Positions 42,284 through 59,865 of a DNA stretch of 64,000 nt are shown in pieces. A program made the position numbers and the translations under genes. Under the pieces are notes generated by a model, which worked only from the letters and a program-made list of their open reading frames with translations, had not been told where the DNA came from and did no database searches. Source of the stretch: the human T2T-CHM13v2.0 reference genome, Homo sapiens; assembly GCF_009914755.1 (NCBI RefSeq), contig NC_060940.1, one strand, 5' to 3'. Positions within the stretch are counted from its first letter, which is position 1. The number at the start of each line of letters is the position of its first letter.

Positions 42284-44393
42284 TGAAGGCACTTTATCAT
42301 ATCATTCTCCATAACTCAATTTTGGAATCGATTTCTGCAAGGTGAAAGCCAACAACACCATCCCTCAGAATTGCAATACATCTCCAAAAATGGAGATCTA
42401 ACTATGAAAGAAATGCCCCTCTTGCCTCATGCCTGTAATCCCAGCTCCTCAGGAGGCTGAGGTGGGGGATCGCTTGAGCCCAGGAGTTCAAGGCCAGCCT
42501 GGGCAACTTAGTGAAACCCCATCTCTACAAAAAATAAGAAAATTAGCCGGGCATGGTGGTGCACACCTGTAGTCCCAGCTACTCAGAAGGCTGAGGTGGG
42601 AAGATCACTTGAGCCAGGGAGGTCGAGACTGCAGTAATGGCAACAGAAAGAAGTCCTGTCTCAAAAAACACAAAAACAAAACCAAACCCTAAGTGAAATG
42701 CTTCTTTTTAAGGAGAAATAACTTTGAGACAGTTCAAAGAAGGGTTTACATGCTTTTTCAGTGTGGGCATGAGACTTCTCAAAAAGTAGGTGGGCCCCAG
42801 GGGAAACTCAGTCGGAAAATAGCTCCCTGGATTTGGAAACCTTGAGTCACCTATGGAATGTGTGTTTCCTGGTGCTGGTCCTCCACAGGGCACCGGGGTG
42901 GTTTCAGAGCTGGAGGGGAAGCATCAGAAGTGTCTGTCGTGGATATGCTTTGAAATTTAAAACTTACGTCCTCTTTTATTAATAGCGTATTTTTTTCTTA
43001 AATCATGTATCCAGTTTAGGTTATGTCTTTGGAAGAATAGCTAAAGTTTTTTCTCTAACATTTTATTATGAAAATTTCCAAACTTTTCAAAAAATTTTAA
43101 GAATTTTCTAGCAAACCCCTGTGTACTCACTTCTTCCAAGAACATACTGTCAGCATTGCTTCCTGACATATTTGTCCATCTGTGTATTCTTGTGTCTGTT
43201 AGGTTGGTTTGAAGGTAATTGCAGTTTTTGCCATTGAAAGTAATGGCTAAAGGCTGGGCACAGTGGCTCATGCCTGTAATCCCAGCACTTTGGGAGGCTG
43301 AAGCAGGCAGATCACTAGAGCTCGGGAGTTGAAGACCAGGCTGGCTAAAATGGTAAAACCCCTGTCTCTACCAAACGTACAGAAATTAGCTGGACGTGGT
43401 GGTGCACACCTGTAATCCCAGTTACTGGAGAGGCTGAGGCAGGTGAATCATTCGAACCCGGGAGGTAGAGGTGGAGGTTGCAGGGAGCCAAGATCATGCC
43501 ACTGCCCTCCAGCCTGGGTGACAGAGCGAGATCCCATCTCAAAAAAAAAAAGTTAGCTGGGCATAGTGGCATTTGCCTGTAATCCCAGTTACTCGAGAGG
43601 CTGAGGCATGAGAGAGGCGCTTGAACCCAGGAGGCAGAGGATGCTGTGAGCTGAGATTGTGCCACTGCACTCCAGCCTGGGCAACAGTGAAACTGTCTCA
43701 AAAAAAAAAAAAGAGAATGAAATTAATGGCAAATATCAGTCTGTCTTATTTGTGATGCAATTTCAAAGGAAATCAAAGATGTCAATTCACTCCCATTAAA
43801 TATTTGAATAACCAGAGTCTTTGTGTGTCCCCCTGCCACATTCCTGGGTATCTGGAATCCTCTCCCATTTGGCAGATCCTCATAAGCGCACCTGTGCCTG
43901 GCACTGTGCTGGGTGCCAGAGGTGCCACAAGCCCTGCCTGCGGGGCCCTTGGGTCAGTGGGGGATTCAAGTGGGAAGTGGAAGGGGTGCTTCAATGGAGA
44001 ACACAGGAGAGACCATGCCCCAAGGCTGGGGCCAGGAGACCGTCCTGTGCCTGGAATACCCTCCTCTTCCTTCCCTCTTCAACTCCATCAATTTGAGTTT
44101 TTAACCAGTCGCCTCTAAATTCCATCAAGGAGGGGAAAGGGGATGAGGTGCAGGGTGGCCCAAGTTTGCATCATGCAGCCCAGGCATTGGTTATAGGAAT
44201 TAATCCTAGCATCACGAAAATTGCTTCGAAGAAATATTTTATGTTCTTTTTTTTTCTTTTTCTTTATTATTTTGAGACAGAGTCTCACTGTTTCACCCAG
44301 GCTGGCATGCAGTGGCATGATCTTGGCTCACTGCAACCCCTGCCTCCTGGGCTCAGTTGATCCTCCCACTTCAGCCTCCTGAGTAGCTGGTAA

Positions 44394-45104
<711 letters not shown>

Positions 45105-45594
45105 TGAGTAGGTGGGATTACAGGCACCCACCATCATGCCTGGCTAATTTGTGTTTTTAGTAGAGATGGGGTTTCACTATGTTGGCCAGGCTGGTCTCGT
45201 ACTCTATCCACCCACCTCGGCCTCCCAAAGTGCTGGGATTACAGGTGTGAGCCACCGCTCCTGGCCAACTACTACTTTTAAAAGCAATTGGTTAATACTT
45301 TGGAAGCACTTGACCTTCATTCTCAGAGATGGTGAGTTGTTTGACATAAATAGAGGCCTTTTTGACTGCTGCCTTGTTTAAATCCTGTGAGTTTGGGGTT
45401 TATTTTGGGACTGGAGAAGGGAAGTTGGTATTCTGAGTGTTTCAGGACTCAAGTTTACCAGGAAGTTTATGTTCTGGGTAGAAAGCAATGAAAACAATCC
45501 AGGAATTGCAGCTTTATGCCACACTGCCACAGCCTGCCTGAACTTTTACGTGAGACTTATGCCCAGATGCAATGGTTCACACCTATAATCTTAG

Positions 45595-45807
<213 letters not shown>

Positions 45808-46582
45808 TGAGCAGCTGGGACTACAGGCAGGCACCACCATGGCCAAATAATTTTTGTGTGTATATATGTATATTTTTTGAGATGAAGCCTCGCTCTGTCG
45901 CCCAGGCTGGAGTACAGTGGCGTGATCTCGGCTCACTGCAAACTCCACCTCCCAGGTTCAAGCAATTCTCTGCCTCAGCCTCCTGAGTAGCTGGGGTTTT
46001 TCAGGAACCCACCACCACACTGGCTAATTTTTGTATTTTTAGTAGAGACAGAGTTTCACCATCCTGGCCAGGCTGGTCTTGAACTCCTGACCTCATGATC
46101 CACCTGCCTCGGCCTCTCAGAGTGCTGGGATTAGAGGTGTGAGCCACTGCGCCAGGCTAATTTTTGTATTTTTAGTAGAGACAGGGTTTCACCATCCTGG
46201 CCAGGCTGGTCTTGAACTCCTGACCTCAGGTGATCTGCCCACCTTGGCCTTCCAAAGTACTGGGATTACAGGCATCAGCCACCATGCACAGTCATCTCTT
46301 TCTCTCTCTCTCTCTTTTTTTTTTTCTTTTTTAAGAGATGGGGTCTCCTCACTATGATGCCCAGGCTGGTCTTCAGCTCCTGGCCGCAAGCGATCTTCCT
46401 GCTTCCACCTCCAGCAAAAGTGCTGAGATTATAGATGTGAGCCACCACACCCAGCCCCATCTCTATTTTTATTTAAAATATATGTGTGTATATATAAATG
46501 CAAAAATAGATGTGACTTGCCACTGGTCTGTGGGACTCAAAACAATCCACCTGTTTGGAAATGTCTGTTGCTGCTATTGTAG

Positions 46583-47064
<482 letters not shown>

Positions 47065-47345
47065 TGACCAACTGCCATTCAGCACAGGCTTCCAACCATG
47101 TCATTTTAGCCTAAAAGAGACTCTACAAATGTCAGTCATATGAAAATGAGAACGTTTGAGGGACTTTCTGTTGTATTTTTTCCCTTCTATATTTGAGAGA
47201 AACACAGGTACTGCAGAAGTGGTTCAGCAGACTGAATTAGAGCAATTCCATTTCAAATGTGACTTGTGTGTCCGTGTGATTTTTTTAATAATCAGTGAAG
47301 CTTCACAGTGTGATTTTGTTTTATTTTATGTATTTATTTATTTAG

Positions 47346-47450
<105 letters not shown>

Positions 47451-47804
47451 TGAGTACCTGGGATTACAGGCATCCACCGCCACACCCAGCTAATTTTTAT
47501 ATTTTTAGTAGAGACAGGGTTTCACCATGTTGGCCAGGCTGTTCTCAAACTCCTGACCTCAAGTGATCCACCCGCCTCAGCTTCCCAAAGTGTTGGGATT
47601 ACAGGCATGAGCCACTGCAGCTGGCTGATTTTGTTTTATTTTGAGGAAATAGGGCCAGGGACAGTGGCTCACACCTTTAGTCCCAGCTACTTAGGAGGCT
47701 GAGGTGGCTTGCTTGAGCCCAAGAGGTCGAAGCTGCAGTCAGCTGTGATTGAGCCCCTGCAGTCCATCCTGGAAAACAGAATGATACCTTGTCTCATAAA
47801 AAAC

Positions 47805-47835
<31 letters not shown>

Positions 47836-47996
47836 CGAATCAATGAAAGAAAATGAAATCACATCTGTTCTTCAGTAAAGTTTAATAGTTTTCTGCCTAA
47901 TCGTATTAATTTTATCCCTAGAAATGTATTTTTGTTGCTATTGTGAAAGGTATTATTTCTCTGTTAGGTTTTGTTTGTTTGTTTGTTTGTTTTTGA

Positions 47997-48212
<216 letters not shown>

Positions 48213-48575
48213 TGATCCGCCTACCTCAGCCTTGAAAGCTGCCGGGATTACAGATGTGAGCCACCACACCTGGCTGTCTGTTAAGTTTTTCTAATTGGTT
48301 ATTGCTTGTATAAGAAAGGAAAAATATTGACTTTTCTTTTTTACTATTGACTTTCATGTGTTAACTTCTTTGCCACTTTATTGAATTCTTATTAATTTAG
48401 TAATGTTTCAGTTGATGCTATTGGGTTTTATAAACATGCTGTTGTGTTGCAAAAAATTATTTTGTTTCTTTCCAAGATTTTATGTCTCTTATTTTTCTTA
48501 ATGTGTGGGCTAGAGAATGTTTGGAATTAGGCTAAGTAATAACAGTGATGGTAGAAATTCTCGTTTTGTCCCTAA

Positions 48576-48830
<255 letters not shown>

Positions 48831-49037
48831 TGATCCACCTGCCTCGGCCTCCCAAAGTGCTGAGATTACAGGGGTGAGCCACCATGACTGGCCAGTTAGA
48901 TAATTTTTTTTATCCCACTAAGTACATTAATCTACCCTAGTTTACTAAGTTTCAAATTCAGGATCACATATATAATTTAATCAAAATCCTCTTTGACTTT
49001 TATGAGGTGAACATAAGATTGGAGTGCAGTGATGTGA

Positions 49038-49235
<198 letters not shown>

Positions 49236-49286
49236 TGACCCCTTTTAACCACCATGCCCAGCTATTTTATTTTTTTATTTTTTTAA

Positions 49287-49490
<204 letters not shown>

Positions 49491-50421
49491 TGAGGTGGGA
49501 GGATCACCTGAGGCCAGGAGTCCAAGACCAGCCTAGGCAACATAGGAAGACTCTGTCTTTACGAAAAATAACAATATTAGCTGAGTGTGATGGTGCACAC
49601 CTATAGTCCCCTTTACTGGAGAAGCTGAAGTGGGAGGATGACTTGAGCCCAGGAGTTCAAGGCTGCAGTGAGCTATGACTGCACCATTGCACTCCACCCT
49701 GGATGACAGAGCGAGACCCTCATCTCTTAAAAAAACAAAAAGAAGGCACAGCAAAGTTGTATATTTAGTACAAATCCATTTTTGTAAGACAAGTGTTTGT
49801 CTGTGTGTCTGTACGTTGAACACACAAAAACAGAAGGAGCTTTAATGTAGAAGTTGTGTAAAGAGGTTACACAGTCACTTGGGAAGACATAATTGAGCCA
49901 TCTATGTGATCACCTTTCTTGAAGCTTGGGGGAGCCAGCACTTGTAGGGGCAGCGGTGGGGTGACGGGGCAAAACCCCATCTCTATTAAAAAATACAAAA
50001 ATGAAATTAGCTTGTGGCACGTGCCTGTGGTCCCAGCTACTTGGGAGGCTGAAGTAGGAGGATTACTTGAGCCCAGAGAAGTCGAGGCTGCGGTGAGCCG
50101 CGATCGCACCACTGCACTCCAGCCTAGGCAACCACGTCAGACCCTGCCTCAAAGATAAAATAAAATAAAATGCCTTTATAACATGGTTAAGGGTCTTCTT
50201 GGCAAAGGAAACCTGTATCTGGGGACTGTTATGACAGTCCTACCCTCAGGGTCTGTGCTGGGAAACTTGTCCGGGTCCTGAGGGAGGCCCAGAATTGCAA
50301 GTCTGAGCCCCTGAATATCTGCAGTGTTTGCAGTATGGTTGAATGTATAGTCCATAGACTAGTCTCAAACTCCTGGGCTCAAGTGATTTACCTGCCCTGT
50401 CTTCACAAAGTGCTGGGATTA

Positions 50422-51037
<616 letters not shown>

Positions 51038-51227
51038 CTACAGAGCAAGACTCCATATAAAAAAAACTACATAAATTAAGAAAATAAATTCCCCCACTTT
51101 GAAAATCACTGTAAGTTTTTCTTTATTCTGCCTTTTTAGAAACAGCTTCACAATTGACATATTACTGTTATGCACATACATGGTTTTCAATCACATTTTA
51201 TAGTATCTAACCTCATTTTTCTTTAAG

Positions 51228-51305
51228 GATTTTATCCTGGAACATTACAGTGAAGATGGCTATTTATATGAAGATGAAATCACAGATCTTATGGATCTGA
51301 GACAA
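51228..51305 (+). pseudogene. RHPN2: RHPN2 pseudogene exon 5 paralog (start of BRO1 domain)
   Basis: [26 protein letters not shown]; acceptor tttaag, donor GTAAGT. Confidence 0.93.
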
Positions 51306-51762
51306 GTAAGTTTTTGTGTGCAGCAGAGAGGGGAGGGTAGCTTTTCCAAGTTTTCAGGGAACCCCATTATTGCACGCTTGTGGTCTTAACAGAATCATGG
51401 GCAGATTGAGGTGATGGCTGGTGGGTGCTGGAATCATCCATTCCATTTGCTGCATAAGAAAACTGTAGAAGGAGGCCGGATGCGGTGGTTCACGCCTATG
51501 TAATCCCAGCACTTTGGGAGGTGGAGGCGGGAGAATCACCTGAGATCAGGAGTTCCAGACCATCCTGGCCAACATGGTGAAACCCCGTCTCTACTAAAAA
51601 TTCAAAAATTAGCTGTGCGTGGTGCTGCATGCTGGTAATTCCAGCACTTTGGGAGGCTGAAGCGGGTGGATCACCTGAGGTCAGAAGTTTCAGACCAGAC
51701 TGGCTAACACCGCAAAACCCCGTTTCTACTAAAAATACAAAAACAAGCCTGGCATGGTGCTA

Positions 51763-52032
<270 letters not shown>

Positions 52033-52141
52033 CTACAGAAATAGTTACAGGCATCTGCTGGTATGTGCGGGGCACCTTCCGGGAAGGGCTGTCAGCTGTG
52101 TCCTCCTCTGCTCATGCCCTCTGGGGTTCTTTTCCTCGCAG

Positions 52142-52266
52142 GCTTGTCGGACGCCCAGCCAGGATGAGGCCAGGGTGGAACTGCTGATGACATACTTCAT
52201 CCAGCTGAGCTTTGTTGAGAATCGATTCTTCCCACCCACATGGCAGATGGGATTCCTGTTCACCTG
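52142..52266 (+). pseudogene. RHPN2: RHPN2 pseudogene exon 6 paralog
   Basis: [42 protein letters not shown]; acceptor cgcag, donor GTAGG. Confidence 0.93.
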
Positions 52267-52654
52267 GTAGGTGCTGGAGGTCTGCGCTGGCGCTTCACGT
52301 GTTATGGCAGCCACAGTTTTGGAGCCTCAGCATCACAGACGCCCCTCTGCGGGCACCTCAGCCCCTTTTCCTATCTTGCATTTATCCGGGGTGCACCCCT
52401 GTGCACCTCAGCCCCCTTTCCTATCTTGCATTTATCCAGGGAAGTCTAGAAAGGTGTCAATACATTGGTATTTATTTATGAAAGTGATCCGAGGGAGATG
52501 GCCCCAACAGACTGTGGCCTCTTGCTTCTCAGAACAAGTGAGCCAAGGAGAGGAGACATTTTTCTTGCTTGTTGTATCACTGGGGAAGCACAGGGCTCTG
52601 AAGTGGAATTAGCCAGAAGCAAGATTCTTGTCTCAGATTGGACTGGGGCATGCG

Positions 52655-52673
52655 TGTGTATGTGTGAGTGAGT

Positions 52674-52707
<34 letters not shown>
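52655..52707 (+). repeat. (GT)/(GAGT)/(GA)n microsatellite
   Basis: Read directly from the sequence. Confidence 0.9.
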
Positions 52708-52710
<3 letters not shown>

Positions 52711-53013
52711 TCAGGTCTTGTCCAGTGAGACAAAAGCACCAAACAGAAATAGATCAGGTTTCTTTTGAAACAGGGTCTCACTGTGTTGCCCAGGCTAGTC
52801 TTGAATTCCTGGGCTCGGGTGATATTTCTGCCTCAGCCTCCTGAGTAGCTGGGACTATAGGCATGAGCTACACACTCAGCTTAGATCAGATTTAAAAAAT
52901 GGAAGTAGAGGATTTGATTCTTCTCCACAATTGGTATTTTCAGACAAGATCAGGCATGTCAGGGTGGTATGGCGGTAGACCCAGTTGGTGTTTTCAAAGA
53001 TTAGTATACTTTA

Positions 53014-53307
<294 letters not shown>

Positions 53308-53344
53308 TCAAAAAAGAAAAAAAAAGGCTGAGTGCGGTGGTTCA

Positions 53345-53660
<316 letters not shown>

Positions 53661-55813
53661 CTAAAAAAAAAGTACTTTGGAGATGCTGCACCCCTTCTCT
53701 GAGTGTCGTTAGGAGTGTCAGTGAAAGGAGAATACATCCTAGAAGGTGGGGGCGTATCAGAATTGAATGTTTCTATAGCCAATGGTTGGCTACTGATGCC
53801 TTCCTCATGGAAAGCAAAGGAAAGGGGGATGACTTTTCCTAACAATGCACCAGGCTGTCTGCATGGTGAAAGGTGGTTTCTCTTTAGTCATGAATTAGGG
53901 AGAAGCTGTCTGCACACCCCTTGGTTCATGAGTAAACTTTAAAACAAGTCCTAGGGCCAGGTGCGGTGGCTCACACCTGTAATCCTAGCACTTTGGGAGG
54001 CCGAGGTGGGTGGATCACCTGAGGTTGGGAGTTCGAGACCAGCCTGACCAACAGGTCTCTACTAAAAATACAAAAATTAGCCGGGTGTGGTGGCGGGCAC
54101 CTGTAATCCCAGCTACTCAGGAGGCTGAGGCAGGACCATTGCTTGAACCCCGGAAGCAGAAGCTGCAGTGAGCCGAGATGGCGCCACTGCACTCCAGCCT
54201 GGGTGAAAGAGCAAAACTTTGTCTCAAAAAATAAAAATAAAAAATAAATAAATAAATAAATAAAACAAGTCCTAGGCTGGGTGTGGTGGTTCACATCTGG
54301 AATCCCAGCATGTTGGGAGGCCAAGGTGGGTGGATCACTTGAGCCCAGGAGTTTGAGACCAGTCTAGGCAACACAGTGAGACCCCATCTCTACAAAACAA
54401 TTAGAGAAAATGTGCCAGGCATGGGGGGCACATGCCTGTAGTCCCATCTACTTGGGAGGCTCAGATGAGAGGATCACTTAAGCCCAGGAGGTTGAGGCTG
54501 CAGTGAGTCATGATCATGCCACTGCACTCCAGCCTAGGCAACAGAGTGAGACTTGGTCTGAAAAAATAAAAAAGTAAAACAAATCCTGAGGTTTTAGATT
54601 TCAGAAAGAATTATGAGGGGTTAGTAATTGCCATATTTCATTTAGGAGAAGCCATATACATATATATACACACACACACACTTTTTTTTTTTTTTTTGAG
54701 ACGGAGTCTCACTCTGTCACCCAGGCTGGAGTGTGGTGGTGTGATCTCAGCTCACTTCAAACTCTGCCTCCCAGTATCAAACCATCTTCCCACCTTAGCC
54801 TCCCAAGTAGCTGGGCTTAAAGGCACATGCCACCACCATGTATTTTTGATAGAGAGGGGTTTCACTATGTTGCTCAGGCTGGTCTCAAACTCCTGAGCTC
54901 AAGCCAGCCACCTGCCTTGGCCTCTAAAATGCTGGGATTACAGGTGTAAGCCACTGCACCCGGCCTTTTTTTTTTTTTTTTTTTTTTGAGACAGATTCTT
55001 GCTCTGTTGCCCAGGCTGGAGGGCAGTGGCGTGATCTCGGCTCACTGCAACCTCCGCCGCCTGGGTTCAAGTGATTCTTCTGCCTCAGCTTCCTGAGTAG
55101 CTGGGATTACAGGTGTGCCCCACCACGCCTGGTTAATTTTTGTATTTTTAGTAGAGATGGGGTTTCACCACATTGGCCAGGCTGGTCTCAGTCCCTGGCC
55201 TTGTGATCTGCCTGCCTCGGGCTCCCAAAGTGCTGGGATTACAGGTGTGAGCCATCGCACCCGGCGCATTTTTTTTTTTTAAATAATTGAGGAACTTACC
55301 TGACACATCATTATCACCCAGAGTCCATAGTTCCCATTAGGGTTCATTCTTGCACTTGTGTATTCTGCGGCTTTTGACCAACATAGAGTGACAGTGATCC
55401 ATCTTTGCAGTGTCGTACAGAAGAGTTTCCCTGCTGGAAAAATCCTCCATGTGCTCTGCCTGTTCCTCCCTCCCTCCCCCTAAGTCCTGGCAACCCCGAT
55501 CTTTCTTCTGTCTCCAGGGTTTTTGGCTTTTCAGAATGTTGGACTCACACAGCGTGCTATACAGTAGGTAGCAATGTTCAGGTTGGCTCTTGGTAATGTT
55601 TCCTCTGCATCTTTTCAAGGCTTGCTTGAAAAGGCTCCATTTTTAGTACTGAGTAATAGTCCATTGTCTGGATGTCCCATGCTGTGTTTATAAAGTTACC
55701 CCATCAGATATTTTTGTGTGTGGCTGTGGTGGTCAGTGTGATTAGTCCTGTCATCTTGCTTGGAAACCAAAGCCTCAGTGCATGTGCATTCTTGAATTTT
55801 ATTGAAGAAATGA

Positions 55814-55924
<111 letters not shown>

Positions 55925-56454
55925 TAGCTGGGATTACAGGTGCCCGCTACCATGCCTGGCTAATTTTTGTATTTTTAGTGGAGACTGGGTTTCACCATGT
56001 TGGCCAGGCTGGTCTCGAACTCCTGACCTCAGGTGATCCACCTGCCTTGGCCTCCCAAAGTGCTGGGATTACAGGTGTGAGCCACTGCACCCAGCCAACC
56101 CAGGAGTTTAACAGCAGTTTGGGTAACATAGTGAGACCCCATCTCTACAAAAATTAAAAAAAAAAAATTAGGCAGGTATGGTGGCATGCACTTGTAATCC
56201 CAGCTTTCTCATGAGGCTGAGGTGTGAGGATCAATTGAGCCCTAAAGTTGGAGGCTGCAGTAAACTATGATCACACCACTGCACTCCAGCCTGGGCAACA
56301 GAGTGAGATCCTGACTCTTAAAAAAATAATAATAGAGCCAGGCACAGTGGCTCACGCCTGTAATCCCAGCACTTTGGGAGGCTGAGGTGGGCGGATCACG
56401 AGGTCAGGAGATCGAGACCATCCTGGCTAAAACGGTGAAACCCTGTCTCTACTA

Positions 56455-56694
<240 letters not shown>

Positions 56695-56739
56695 CTAGCC
56701 AAGTAATCTGTATTCCCTGAATGCATTTCTTTCACATAG

Positions 56740-56906
56740 GTATGACTCCCTCACTGGGGTTCTGGTCAGCCAGCAGAACCTGCTGCTGGAGAAGGCCAGT
56801 GTCCTGTTCAACACTGGGGCCCTCTACACCCAGATTGGGACCCGGCGCTATCGGCACACGCAGGCTGGGCTGCAGAGTGCCATAGATGCCTTTCAGAGAG
56901 CTGCAG
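56740..56906 (+). pseudogene. RHPN2: RHPN2 pseudogene exon 7 paralog
   Basis: [55 protein letters not shown] (BRO1 signature); acceptor catag, donor GTATGT. Confidence 0.93.
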
Positions 56907-57152
56907 GTATGTCTCCTCCAGGGCTGACTGGACAGAGCCTTGGCCCCGCCCGGTGGCACCAGGTGACCCCCCACTGAAGAGGGTCTACAGGTCGTCCCCT
57001 ACAAGGGCCAGACCAGTCTTCAGCTCTGGTGTAATTTCCCATTAAGAAACTTGCTCCAGCCGGGCACAGTGGCTCATGCCTGTAATCCCAACACTTTGGG
57101 AGGCCGAGGCAGGTGGATCACGAAGGTCAGGAGATCGAGACCATCCTGGCTA

Positions 57153-57375
<223 letters not shown>

Positions 57376-58189
57376 TCAGTCTGGGATGGCTTGATGTACA
57401 TGGTGAATCCTGTGGCTGATGATTGATCTTTTCCAGACAAGTGGCCCTGGGATGGCAGTGCATAACTGTTTCTTTCAACACTGTCATGAAGAGCAGAATA
57501 ACTTTTCCCAAATAGTGAAACCATAGGCTTCTTTTTCTTGTATTAGGTGTACCCTATCTGTGCGTATTACTCTCCGTGCCTTTATTTATTTATTTATTTA
57601 TTTATGAGATGGAGTTTCGCCCTTGTCGCCCAGGCTGGAGTGCAGTGGCGCAATGTTGGCTCACTGCTTGAAACCTCCCGGTTTCAGGTGATTCTCCTGC
57701 CTCAGCCTCCTGAGTAGCTGGGATTACAGGCACCTGCCGCCACGCCCGGCTAATTTTTGTATTTTTAGTAGAGATGGGGTCTCACCATCCTGGCCAGGCT
57801 GGTCTCGAATTCCTGACCTCAGGTGTTCCACCTGCCTCAGCCTCCCAAAATGCTGGGATTACAGGCACCCGCCACCACGCCCGGCTAATTTTTGTATTTT
57901 TAGTAGAGATGGGGTCTCACCATCCTGGCCAGGCTGGTCTCGAATTCCTGACCTCAGGTGTTCCACCTGCCTCAGCCTCCCAAAATGCTGGGATTACAGG
58001 GTGAGCCACCACACCCTGCCCCTCCATGCCTTTATGTCACCTGCATTCTGCCAACTTCTCCAGCATGAGGTGGGTGTTCTCAACCCTTTGTCAAGTGATG
58101 CATTCAAAGGATGTCTCATAGCTCAGCTCCCTTCTTCTGGGAACTGTCTTCTGTTATTTTATTTTATTTATTTGTTTATTTTGAGATAG

Positions 58190-58402
<213 letters not shown>

Positions 58403-59669
58403 TAATCCTAGTATGAGAACGAGGTGCGGGGTCGAGGAGAAAAGCAGCCTAGTGCTTACACCTGTAGAGGACCGGGGTCACCAGACCCAGTGCTGTGGGT
58501 GAGCCTGGCATGGCTCACCCTTGCCTGCGGGTTCTGCCTTGCTCCCCCATAGCAGGGCCTGTGTCTGGGTCAGACTCCGCATGGGGATGGATGCAAGAGC
58601 AGGGCACAGTGTAGACCACAGTGTGTTCTCCACACTAGCTCTATAGTGTGTTGCCTTCTAGGTTGATCATCGACATTCTGCTTTGGGGTGTGATCCCCTT
58701 CCACCCGTGTGGATCATTGTTTGATATCACTTTGCCCTGCAAGCTTGTGAAGAACCAGAGCTTTGCCACTTCAACTCATTGTGAAATTTCTGATGTTACA
58801 ATGATTGGTCCTAACAGCCTGGGCCATACAGGAAGACCCTGTCTCTACAGAATATTTAAAATTAGCCAAGCGTGGTGGTGTACACCCATAGTTCCAGCTA
58901 CTCCAGAGGCTAAGACGGGAGGATCACTTAAGCCCAGGAGTTTGAGGCTGCAGTGAGCTAGGATTGCCAAAAGGAATTTTTTTTTTAATTAAATAGGCCA
59001 GGCATGGTGGCTCATGCCTGTAATCCCAGCACTTTAGGAGGCTGAGGTGGGTGGATTGCTGGAGCTCAGGAATTTGAGATCAGCCTGGGCAACAAGGCAA
59101 AATTCCATCTCTACAAAAAGTACAAAAATTAGCTGGGCCTGGTGGTGCATGCCTGTAGTCTCAGCTACTTGGGAGGCTGAGATGGAAGGATCAGCCAAGG
59201 TTGTGGTAAGCCAAGATCGTGCCATTGCACTCCAGCCTGGGCGACAGAGCAAGAACCTGTCTCAAAAAATAATTAGTTAATTAAAAAAATGAAAGATTGG
59301 TCTCTTAGGGTGAAGTGATATGCTAAGATTCCAAGTATGAGTTGATTTCTTTTGTTGTAAATCTTTTTTCTGGACTCATCTTTCGGGGAATCTTAGGCAG
59401 GCACTCTGTGTCCTGTCTCTGAGATTATAGCAATGGAGACAAATTATAGATAAAATGAAGCAAGTGGGAGAACAGTGGGGAGTGTGAGGGAACCCCCATG
59501 GAGCTCACAGCTCAAAACAGCAGGTGCCATCCCTCCACAGGGCGGGGATTTTTTTTTTTTTTGCTCAGCAACAAAACCAGAGGACCCAGTTGGCTGGGAT
59601 TCATATGAGAGACTCTATTTCAGTTCCAGATTGATTGTCAGTTAGCGCTTTGGACAGTTAATTTTCTAA

Positions 59670-59865
<196 letters not shown>

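Noticed and set aside
43760-43790. aaggaaatcaaagatgtcaattc, loosely like the RHPN2 exon 4 KETKDVDF codons
   Set aside because: The flanking sequence does not encode IPLIPLGL or AVVLK and there are no matching splice sites, so this is a chance similarity.
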